The notes beneath the pieces are model-generated. The model ran no database searches. It saw only the letters and a program-made list of their open reading frames with translations, and had not been told where the DNA came from. Of a stretch of DNA of 64,000 nucleotides, positions 35,701 to 41,500 are shown one piece after another (position 1 is the first letter of the stretch; every line of letters begins with the position of its first letter). The position numbers and the translations under genes were made by a program. The DNA comes from Sedimentisphaerales bacterium. GTDB lineage: Bacteria; Planctomycetota; Phycisphaerae; Sedimentisphaerales; SM23-30. The DNA is taken from the NCBI GenBank assembly GCA_963666285.1, contig OY762711.1, one strand, 5' to 3'.

Positions 35701-36002
35701 CAGATGGTTTGACTGGATACAAGGTTTATACAATTAAAGAGATTGAAGAGCTTATAGGAGAAGATGAAAATGGCAATGAGATTATTATTGTATATATACC
35801 GGTGTCTGAAAATAAACAGATTAATGTAGATCCTATATGTGCAGGCGTTATACGTAAAAGGGATGATATATATTATGATCAGCAGATAGGTGACAATATA
35901 TATTATGCAAGTAACAACTGGGTTGCAGTTGAGCCAGAAAGAGTAATAGAAAATCTGGCTGAAGCATGGTTTGGTGATAATAAAATTAAGTCATGGGATT
36001 AG
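20718..36002 (+). CDS. Giant filamentous haemagglutinin-like TpsA exoprotein (5094 aa)
   Basis: Long signal peptide; TPS domain (AIINY..F.I...ETVRFIQPS..ARVLNRV, ANGQVYIVNSAG); GGFVEVSG and LLLDP motifs; G/T/N/D-rich beta-helix-type repeats. Confidence 0.92.
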   Translation: MRKYRRLKLSYAEKALQRRRESNLRRFRCISLVMLAGLLGLIQPAYAAPKVDNIANGQVSISQDDKLTEITASDNAIINYHTFDIAYDETVRFIQPSETARVLNRVNSEDPSTIAGKLLANGQVYIVNSAGIYFTDGSLVDVGSLYAAAGQISDHEFLAGQDNFHDLSGQVVNDGTIMAETVALVGRFVANNGDIISQDGLITLAAGDDVYLTRVGSHVMVKVADMSDAAVSSDDGISNTGSINAGNGEVSLVSSDIVGLAMGISSGGNIKAADITLDSGANGLTEVTGNLDASSDMANGGSVKVLGDKIALKSASIDVSGKTGGGEVLVGGDFQGSGEVRNASRTYIDSDTSITADAVESGNGGKVICWADEITAFIGDISAKGGAESGDGGFVEVSGKENLMFDGYVDASAEKGQDGQLLLDPRDIVIGAAGNDDGEIDDLSILFDDGLVNETFEISEAKLEILAGGANITIQAERNLTIQAMSDGVLNFATTAGNTVTLEADANSNGGDFIMSDTSDTIQTAGGNIVITTGSSQFTAGSFNSNGGDINLDADGSISVNQITTNGGDLTVVADENYNAAGDFIASGTISTNGGDVSIDGVNINLVTLNSTGGDVILTPAEIAISTALNTGAGNLTIYPRVASHMDIGSDATGLDISDTELGRITCSGVFTLGDASNTSTMDIQSITDHAGISGTMQFLSNGDIEIANGTISTVTTPSVAFYADDGVNINGILILGQDTAINCDTDVDGIGSFYAGFSADRLDTSAANANITITAADLDFGDESAARIDAGSGNITLIASNNRTMGISTANFNVTDAEMDRIDTTGTLTFDTASSFTVNENMTCEQSTAIIAGGGVTQNNRITVAGNLSVTADVANSNIVLTHNLNDVSGTVSLNTLGTGDASWTENSNIDFAASAVSGDLAVDANGNDLADSGAVSVGLTFAITDTNNVTLDLLSGDIGLAASDINTNLDLSVANGSITQSGALTVGGTADFAVTTANEDITLNNTSNAVTGQVTFSTTGTTGNVVFDNGSTAIDLGASTINGGLDIDSSGHLTVNGAVTTAGAAYLTVDDITMTSTLNAGTAAITIAPDDNGTIGLGATPGNMTLTDGELDNITTSGTVTFDTNSAITVDSITPSNITGQFFLDSLSTVSFVNGGSTFSGNLRVRCTDLDVSQTVDCGANSVLIGAVNNKHIYLGTAAANGNIDITGTELQNITAAGLELNTGDGENIYVNNVTATNSNNIGTVILDSAEDVIFQTNNSVFNALTVEADDGLAINDGIILQTDTGAMSLDGNVSGGAFAITTGGNITLDSAGTLTLNELTAGGDIDITATDLTINQTVSMGANSLTINTAGTVGIGDTAGAMTISPTEFGRISSTTGDVTIISTGGSFTVNNISAANSNGIGGIVTLQASGDDQNITFASNNSTFNTLTLNSDDGIFINNVIVGTDVGDFILTPDFDGGANDANDKINFSGAGAGMITATSFSVGTINVANALTLRANGSITFTADQTVPDGINIVADLDANGTGNFVTNAGVDVNTSGNNGDINIAAANLQLNGDSLNAGTGTITFVPQQATDVSLGTDSGTFGISAAELALMTADALVIGDTSASFNTTSAQFSSVAIDGNFAAGAKTVDIQTSGTATVSNGITLSTTNENITINANDLAMNTTGAINAGSAALALNVETAGNDLVLGGTGQEYNIDDTELANITSGSLTITVRADDDIYVSGVADAVAENVGSVTLIATGDNSTITFDTASAQFDSLSASADSGITISQNITADTGNLVLEGDADNAADANDNLAVSDGVTLTSSNGSVSLAATTGDIDAAGALTLNAAAGVTISDTYVAAGAGALTVNADSDGNGAGTFTAGSTITTVNSLVSITAADVVLNGNVDSGNGGITILPSNTAGQTVIFGAAGGDMGLTAAEVGYLNTSGTLTVGNANTTSLTVSTDPTNSTGAVILVSSDTGGVIIVNGVFTPDTTLSMTALEGITVSSNITTGGTITIDADSDDTNNGTLTVDNGVTLASTNDTITITAKDIVLTGTGAIDSGSAAMSITQSQAAGTIGLGGTAGTMQITDTELDNITATGFTIYAPSDVTINGVTADTGNTIDGTFLVDATGKVTFATADSDFKTLEIQADDGIQINTVTVSTDTGSITMDGNVDNSADASDTIAFVGVSGLDSQTTIALTSTNDGITSAAATTITANDQVTVSDAFVASAALDVTSNNNAIVFSSNFTGGGTTNFSADDGITLNGNVSLGGTTTFDSDVDNGDNNGTFTLAATRTITTNNHALTISADDLDLAGSIAGGAGLLRLDVSDGGTAGLAAATGDFSVSTAELARITGQSGGMTVSGASGTVTINSMDVDTNITGTTTIDATNDNTSVNFTGAASEFAALTVNSDSGIDISVNLTTTNGNMVLEGDADNAADTNDDIDLTGNRTLTAVGGELTMDATTGKIDGDGTLTLRADDGITINDNLTSAGTLTIDADRDDDTTGTLTIAGVTSSSNNLVAVTADDISITGSLSSGTADMWITPSTAISIGLGTGAGSMSLTAAEINALTANDLYLGLGVATDLAVNTITTAGINGDFYIDITGDMSIAGGQWDASADDSNFDIICNDMNLSADLNADTGSIRVRTSDGGGIGLGTAAQGMTLSNTDLVRFVTSGGLTLETQAGENIEVTGVTTGNTNNITGTLTLDADTNGSQVNFTNTASALRNNVVVRADNGVDIDVNLTVENGSLSINGDTDSVADGRDYISMANGVTITAGNGALTLTAASGDLLADGALTLTSTGKTTINDDLTTNNGASTNLPLIINASDLDFNGSALNADAGAITIRPSSVSNMGLGGTATGAFDFTDAEFDKITTSGLVTFGGTNAANITVDGFTASANVSGGVSIVSGQNAGSIVFANNSSSFQNTLNLQALDGITINDDVTSGGAITINSDTDAGDNVGLLTIANGITIDSTNTNINITADDISIGAGGSIDAGAADMLITDSDNTGIGLGGTPVVNGVNITDVEFGGLIANNLEFVTAGNITVNGITAANSNNIANTLTLDTAGNIEFASNTSTFNELVAEADGLIQVNANIVTDTDVLNLYGDTNGNAGGAASIIFAAGTQIDSNTTTILDATSSGIVGNSSISGTGAMTVKADDGITVENSISAGGTLTIDADQDTDGTGNLTIAAGASVNATGNDVDITANTVTFGAGVLTNVADLTLSATIYGDLTVNGDFNNSGSVTLESINGTITINSDISSDESFTLTAKNGITINNNITADADTNNAGGESIVIIADSDGDGTGDLTVKTAGKSIITNNNDLAITANDLDMQNDYAFAAGTGKITITESEGTGIGLGDTAVATGLNVTTGELVRMTAADTEFISAGNVLIDNVTAVSSNNIGLLVIDNEGQSRFINNASVFNALTVESDDGIDIDVNITTDTGNLSLDGDSDTAADTNDDIQIAAGISLRSQTNMTLAAQTGKISAAGTLSLLSESDININDNIVAADVLTINTDGIVVDNDGTGDLIVAADATISTEVVNKQINLIANDIFLNGYVRTGTSTFDITVSDNQDYALGSNAVENGSNNAFNINATELSHIYTGNLDLNTSGDVDISNVLAGSADNITYMVTFNIDGHATLSNDCIFNAITINANDGIDIGGNLTSQVGNIVLEGDANDADDGNGLDNILFSANSTITCANTLTLDATTGALDGSGALTLTASEGININDDLSTNGNLTINADSDLDGTGDLASASGKTYSCNGNDLDITGANVAFDSGITNVAGLFLTATTGDMEIIGDISFNNTGDLGLAVTNGTCLIDKVLSTQGSVTISASDGVDIRQNITSQGNIVINSDNDANQTGNLSIASGVQIYSNGGTIEITANDVDQLSGTLNSGIYVTKIDSTSVGINIGSGSGSGMNISNLELANIRANTLEFVTSGDIVVAGVEESSNASIATVVLDAEGSITFQSSESVFNILDIQAEGGIVVNADVATDTGELLFNNDSSYLSGGNSGIIFGDGVTLTSALGLTIGGGGDLTANGDVTLVASGDITILSDFNIASGLNVNTNNNIFDISGVDVVVSADGPVNIVSGDIDLTGTLSSLLGVITITPEGGTVGLGDATGTLSLSNNELAVITSDKLIIDAAGGITAANIVSGTTTNIGTLELDSEDVIVFNGVVINSNLNALSSEGISQTGSLAVTGGTQLVTNADDKTIILDNAGNALVGSVTIQTQSDMSNEANVILNNGSTALVLADSIISGDLTLETNSTISLAELAVNENLEIDADGTVSQTAKMTVGGNLTGMVNLSGSNLTLDNTENIVSGNVAFYTVSDGDVTFNNSSSDISILEAVVGGDLNLETTDIITCLGAVTVTGDADIDAGSSFASGDDFVVSGNMTADIDGTFTSNGYMEVGKDLILTADGTVSNIGDILITGDAEIDTGGAYTAVGSVTIGGSLTLVAADNVTDNEPIVVAGNTDIKTLDNTGADIILDNTGNSFGLLNLYCRNESDTAYTGGDIVLYENEDIEIDNIATRGTLQLTAEGNITESTSMSVNGAIVLKTLNDVGGDITLAGDNYFGQLDIDVRDLSDSNVSDGNVQVIENGSLEIASIETAGGIHLTCDDIELAGVLAGSNLTILPMSDGTSIGIGDGSNGDMKLSSAEIAGLADGFSQISIGRSDATGKVVIEDITFTDPFAIYTAGNASLDGTITGLDNSSILVAAANGMTINEDIITQGNDISLAGGFIFSDANVISTGNISGALLLDGNAQTNNGVSFIAPDGISLNGIYDNTGGGAMLYDGSLNLADNVTINSDTAEVKITGLIDGSYDLEVNSNGGNIYFGGDMGTSQDLANLTVITNETGSIEFNSEINVLGDIYISSNQSLGIIPAEATIFKKNEGDLVFNAGGKFEVGLNNRITVSNGSLMITTSSDVVSIGDATVKGNIIVNSMDAAGDIILLLRDKTESYVMNKNGTIKLLNDKGMAIAAEGYIQFNGQIVSQGEGSKPYFVSGNKKESDGLTGYKVYTIKEIEELIGEDENGNEIIIVYIPVSENKQINVDPICAGVIRKRDDIYYDQQIGDNIYYASNNWVAVEPERVIENLAEAWFGDNKIKSWD

Positions 36003-36018
36003 GAGAAGCAATTTAATT

Positions 36019-36744
36019 TTAGCGTTGTTTTCTGGAAGGTAGTCTTTTTGCGAGAGCAGCTTTTTGTTCAGAGATTATTGCTTTAATACCTTTTGCGCCA
36101 AGGTTAAGCATTTTATCAAGCTGGTCTCGTGAAAAAGTAATCTGTTCACCTGTTCCTTGTATCTCAATGAATTCTCCTTTATCGTTCATGGCGATGTTAA
36201 GGTCAACATCTGCACTGCTGTCATGCAGGTAATCAAGGTCAAGGGTAGGTTTGCCTGAGCATATGCCGACACTAACGGCAGCAACAGCATTAACGATAGG
36301 GTTTTCTATTATAAGTTTGTGTTTGATTCCATATTTGACAGCGTCAACTAAGGCGACGTAACCGCCGTTAATAGCAGCAGTTCTGGTTCCACCGTCAGCC
36401 TGCAGAACATCGCAGTCGATTGTAATTGTATTTTCACCCAATTTCTGATAGTCAACTGCACTGCGAAGTACTCTTCCGATTAGACGTTGAATTTCAGTTC
36501 CCCGGCTGTCGGTATGACCATTTCTAGGACGTTGTTTTCTTTGTAAGGTTGAGCCGGGCAGCATTGAATATTCTGCTGTAAGCCAGCCAATCCCTGAACC
36601 TTCTCGCCACTTAGGTACAGAGTTTTCCAGACTTGCAGTACACAATACTCTGGTATTGCCCATTTCAACGAGTACGGAACCGGCAGAGTATTCAGTAAAT
36701 CCGCGTGTAAATTTAATATTTCTAATTTCGTTTGTTTTTTTCAT
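36019..36744 (-). CDS. rph: Ribonuclease PH
   Basis: GWLTAEYSMLP, EIQRLIGR, DCDVLQADGGTRTAAING, EIQGTGE. Confidence 0.96.
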   Translation of the reverse strand: MKKTNEIRNIKFTRGFTEYSAGSVLVEMGNTRVLCTASLENSVPKWREGSGIGWLTAEYSMLPGSTLQRKQRPRNGHTDSRGTEIQRLIGRVLRSAVDYQKLGENTITIDCDVLQADGGTRTAAINGGYVALVDAVKYGIKHKLIIENPIVNAVAAVSVGICSGKPTLDLDYLHDSSADVDLNIAMNDKGEFIEIQGTGEQITFSRDQLDKMLNLGAKGIKAIISEQKAALAKRLPSRKQR

Positions 36745-36789
36745 ATGCGTTATATTTTGGGTCAAGGTTTGTTATTATGTAGATTAAGA

Positions 36790-37284
36790 TCAACCAATTC
36801 TGGTCAGGCTAACAATTGAGAGGCAGGAAATAGCTTTACATTCTCCTTCCGGTCCAACTTTTTCATTGGTTTTGGCTTTAATACAAACTGAATCGATATC
36901 AAGTTTGAGTAAGCCTGCCAGATTTTTTCTCATGAGCGGTTTAAAGTCTTTTAACTTAGGTTGCTCAGCTATTATTGTAACGTCAAGGTTAACAGGGCGA
37001 AAGCCTTTTTCTGAAACTTTTTGCATAACTTCCTGCAATAGTAATCTACTGTCAGCGTTTTTATATTTTGGGTCATTATCAGGGAATAATTCTCCTATGT
37101 CGTCTAATCCGGCAGCACCAAGCAGGGCGTCAATTACTGCATGGATTACAACATCCGCATCGCTATGGCCGAATAAGCCAAGTTCATATGGTACTTCGAC
37201 ACCAGCCAGAATTAGTTTTCGATCAGGCTCCAGACGGTGCAGATCATACCCTTGTCCAATTCTATGTATTACAGGCAAGCTCAT
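36790..37284 (-). CDS. ispF: 2-C-methyl-D-erythritol 2,4-cyclodiphosphate synthase
   Basis: RIGQGYDLH, GHSDADV..HA..DALLGA, DIG.LFPD, KAKTNE. Confidence 0.96.
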   Translation of the reverse strand: MSLPVIHRIGQGYDLHRLEPDRKLILAGVEVPYELGLFGHSDADVVIHAVIDALLGAAGLDDIGELFPDNDPKYKNADSRLLLQEVMQKVSEKGFRPVNLDVTIIAEQPKLKDFKPLMRKNLAGLLKLDIDSVCIKAKTNEKVGPEGECKAISCLSIVSLTRIG

Positions 37285-38042
37285 TGAACACTCCTGACTA
37301 CCCCAACTACTATTCCCTGTACCTGGACTTCTTTGACATGCAGAGGTTTGAATTCCGGGTTAGCACCTTCAAGCATAAAACCTCCACCTTTTTGTTTGTA
37401 AAGTCGTTTTAATGTGGCATGCCCATCTTCCAGCAAAGCAACAACGATTTGGCCGTCACGGAATTGGTTAGTTTTTTCTATCAAAACGTAATCACCATCG
37501 CAGATATGTGCTTCAATCATGCTTTCTCCCTGAACTTTTAGCGCATATGTTCCTTTTCGAGTCTCAAACATGGTGGAAAGGTCTAAGGTTTCTGGCATTT
37601 CGAGAGCTTCAAGCGGCCTGCCTGCGGCGATATAGCCTGCCATAGGGTATTGACCAGCAAGAATTTCAGGTTCAAAATTATCATTATCCTGTGAATCAAA
37701 CTCTGATTCAAAATCATCTTCGGTTGAACGGCATTCTTCAAGCTGCTGACAATACTCATCAGCATCAGAACTGAGAATCAAAGAGCGTACCTTGTTGGGG
37801 TCTCTTAAAAGCATTCCTTTTTCTATTAATGCTTCTATATGGCCGAAGACTGTAACTCTGCTTACGCCTGCTTCTGCTGCAATCTCTCTCAATGTCGGGG
37901 AACAACCATTGTTGATGCGATAGTTTCTTATGAACAGCATAATTTCTATCTGTCGCGGGGTCAGGATTATTTCTCCATGTTCTTGTATTGTAGAAGCAGT
38001 TGCTAACTTCAGCTGGTTTGTTTTTCTTGTTATCTTGTTCAT
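37281..38042 (-). CDS. lexA: SOS repressor LexA
   Basis: LTPRQ...PTLREIA wHTH; AAG cleavage site; catalytic GESM serine and ATLK lysine. Confidence 0.93.
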   Translation of the reverse strand: MNKITRKTNQLKLATASTIQEHGEIILTPRQIEIMLFIRNYRINNGCSPTLREIAAEAGVSRVTVFGHIEALIEKGMLLRDPNKVRSLILSSDADEYCQQLEECRSTEDDFESEFDSQDNDNFEPEILAGQYPMAGYIAAGRPLEALEMPETLDLSTMFETRKGTYALKVQGESMIEAHICDGDYVLIEKTNQFRDGQIVVALLEDGHATLKRLYKQKGGGFMLEGANPEFKPLHVKEVQVQGIVVGVVRSVQ

Positions 38043-38367
38043 TGCCGGTCCTTGTTTCTGCTTGTATATTTACATTATTAACATCAGTCAGTTTATGACT
38101 ATTCTGAATCCTAATCCCTAAGATTTCGAGGTAATTGACAGCAATATGTTTAATCATGCCGGACAAGTAGCATATTGCTTCTGTAACAGCTTCTGTAATA
38201 TAAGCTGTAAGTTGTGAATTATGTCCAAAGCATTTCATTGTTTTTTCTTGTTTCGAGTCATCTAAATCGTATAAAGGTGGCCACGAATAGCGATAGTCAC
38301 CACCGGGACCAAAAACGCATGCCGGAATGGTAGAACCATCGTTTGCACTATAATCAATTCTTTTCAT
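37765..38367 (-). CDS. Hypothetical ORF upstream of and overlapping lexA in another frame
   Basis: ATG with GGAAGG upstream; fills the 325-nt region before lexA but overlaps lexA by 278 nt. Confidence 0.35.
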   Translation of the reverse strand: MKRIDYSANDGSTIPACVFGPGGDYRYSWPPLYDLDDSKQEKTMKCFGHNSQLTAYITEAVTEAICYLSGMIKHIAVNYLEILGIRIQNSHKLTDVNNVNIQAETRTGNEQDNKKNKPAEVSNCFYNTRTWRNNPDPATDRNYAVHKKLSHQQWLFPDIERDCSRSRRKQSYSLRPYRSINRKRNAFKRPQQGTLFDSQF

Positions 38368-38591
38368 ATTTAGCGCCTTCCAGTTGCTGTTAGGTTAATG
38401 TTAGGTTATTCGATTTATCGTCCGGTTGCAAGAAAAACTGAAAAAATATATTTATTTCAGCTTATATGGACCATGAATGGATAAAAGTACAGATGGGTTC
38501 TAGACGTAACTCTCGTGTTACCAGTACAATATGGCTTTAATGACTATTGTGGTAATCTAAGTTGCTACTGAACACTAAAAGAAAGAATAAG

Positions 38592-41500
38592 TCACTTTTC
38601 CGTTTTTATATCATTTTTAGTGTTATCTATCGAGTTTACATCAATATTTTTATTCTCAAACGCTGCGTGAATTTCCTCAATTAGAGTGTTGACTTCGTTT
38701 GTCACTTTTTTGCAAACCTGTTCGATATCTTCAGATGAGTTTTCCAGTGATATTTCCAGTTCAGCGGCAAGGTTCATCAGGTCTCTTGCTCCAATGCTTC
38801 CTGCTATACCTTTAATAATATGTGCAACTTCAGATGCTTGCTGGTGTTTTCCTTCGTGAACAGCTGAATTTAATTCTTTTGCCTGTTTGGGACAATGCCA
38901 GGTAAAGTCCTTAAGCATTTTTAGGTATAGTTGCGTATTGCCATCAATTAGAGATATGCCGGCCTGGGCATCAATATGAATAAGACTAGCGAGTTCAGCG
39001 GTGTCGGATGTCATACAGATATTATCTGAAATTTTCTTATACAGGATGTCCGGGATGATAGGCTTGGTTATATAGTCATTCATGCCGGCGTTCAGGCTTT
39101 CTTCAATATCTTCACTCATAGCATTTGCACTCATTGCTACAATAGGAAGATGGTTCATTTGCCTGTTTTCATTTTTCCTAATTTCTTTGGTAGCACATAT
39201 TCCGTCCATAACAGGCATTTGTATATCCATAAGGACTAAATGATAATCTTCAGCATTTACTTTTATTGTTGCTTCTTCACCATTATTTGCGATATCGATT
39301 TCAGCATTTGTCTTGTTAAGTATATTTATAATAATTTCCTGGTTAATTTCCTGATCTTCGACTATAAGGATTTTCTTTCCGACGAGGTTTGGGATAGTCT
39401 TTTCCTCTTCACTAACGCACATTACCAGAGCTGACAGGTTAAAGGCTTTGCGGATGGCATTGATCATTTCTCCAGGAACAATAGGTTTGATAATGAAGCC
39501 CGCGTAGCCAGCATTGAGGCATTGATGCATAACACTTTCATGATTATGTGCAGTAACAGCAATTAATTTTGGGCAACTATCCTGAAATCTTTGTTTTATT
39601 TCTCTTACGGTTTGAATACCATTCATTTCAGGCATAGCCCAGTCTATTATAGCCAGATCATATTTGGAGTCGGCCTGCTCTAAGACTTCTATACCTTCTT
39701 TACCGCTGGAAACGGCAGTAACATCAAATCCTGCGGTTGAAACCAATTCTTTTAATATTTCGATTGAAGTATGGTTATCATCAATTATAAGAGCTTTTTT
39801 ACCTTTAAGTTCGGGAATTTTGTATGAAGCCTGTTCACCGGCATCTTCAGGTATATCGAAAGGAAGGGTAACGCAGAATGTACTACCTTCACCTAGTTCA
39901 CTATTTACCTTGACTGAACCTTCCATCAGTTCAGCCAATTGTTTACAGATTGCAAGTCCGAGACCTGTTCCGCCAAATATTCTGGCAGTAGATTTTTCAG
40001 CCTGGGTATAAGCATCGAATAATTTGTCCAGATTTTCTTTTATAATACCGATACCTGAGTCTTTTACGGCAAATTCTACTAGTATACTATCATCTGATCT
40101 ATCTACCTGTTTGATGGAAAGAGTAATATCACCTTTGTCAGTGAATTTAATTGCGTTACTCATATAATTTGTGAGTATTTGTGATAATCGAAGTGGGTCA
40201 CCAAACAGTCTTGCAGGCAGATTTTTATCTATGGTCACATGAATTTCAACATCTTTTTTCTCTGCACCGACAGCCATTACTGAAGCGGTATTAAAAGCAA
40301 TTTCACTAAGTGAAAAATCTATCTTTTCGATTGCGAGTTTGTTTTCTTCGATTTTGCTGATGTCTAATACATCATTAACTATTGCCAGAAGAGAGTTGGC
40401 AGCGTGTTCAATCTTTTTGATAAAGTTAATTTGAATCTCGTTTAATTGTGTTTCTTTAAGCAAATGGTTCATGCCGATAACCACGTTAATAGGGGTTCTG
40501 ATTTCATGGCTCATAGTAGCAAGGAATCTGCTTTTGGTTTTAGCCATGGCTTCAGCTTCCATTTTGCTTATTTCCAGTTTTTCACGTTCCTTGGCTTCAG
40601 TAACATCCATAGAGATGCCTATCATGCCTTCAAGTGTGCCATCACTTTCAAAATATGCTTCCCACATCGTTGTAATATATTTTATAACGCCGTTGTTGAT
40701 GCTTCTGTAGGTTAATGAACCTTTGGGCATTTCTCCGGAAATAGCTTTTTGTAATTGTTTAGTGCATTCTTTGCGGTCTTCCGGGTGTATTCTTTCTGTG
40801 ATGGAGTATACTGTTTGTATACCGTCAATGTTATTTTCTCCCCATACAGCACTTGAATTAGTAAAAATAAAGTTATTTTGATTAACATTATAGTGCCAGT
40901 AAAACATTTTTGCAAGAGTAGCAGCCTGTAGGAGGTATTTCTCTCGATTTTTGAGTTCATTCTGCATCTTAACGTGTTCAGTGATATCCTGGGAGACACC
41001 AACGTAAACAGGCTTCTGATTGCTGTCAATTTTAAGGCTGACTTTAGACCATATTGTTTTATAATCAGAATCTTCGTTTTTACTAACATCTAAGCAAAAT
41101 GTAGTTTCAAATGAATCTCCAGGTTGATGAAGGTTATTTAGAAGTCTATCCCATTTTTTGATATCCGTAATTTTATTTCTAAATAATTCTCTGTTGCATT
41201 TACCTTCAGCCGTATATGGTATGTCCCATATTTTATATGATTCAGGAGAGCCAATTAATATACCGGATGTTGGATTAGATATCCAGTAACCGACCTTAGC
41301 CATTTCCTGTGAAATAGAAAGGAGCTTTTCCTTTTCTTTGAGTTCTAATTCAGTTCTTTTATTACTGTCAATTTTGGTCATGAAAACACTGATTTGTTCA
41401 GGTTTACCATTTTGATTTCTGTTCAATACATTTGCTCTAATAAGGAACCAGATATCTTCTCCTGAGTGGCTGAGTCTACATTCATATTTGCATGATGAAA

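Noticed and set aside
34500..36018. TpsA as a CDI toxin
   Set aside because: No pre-toxin motif and no immunity ORF; rph converges immediately.
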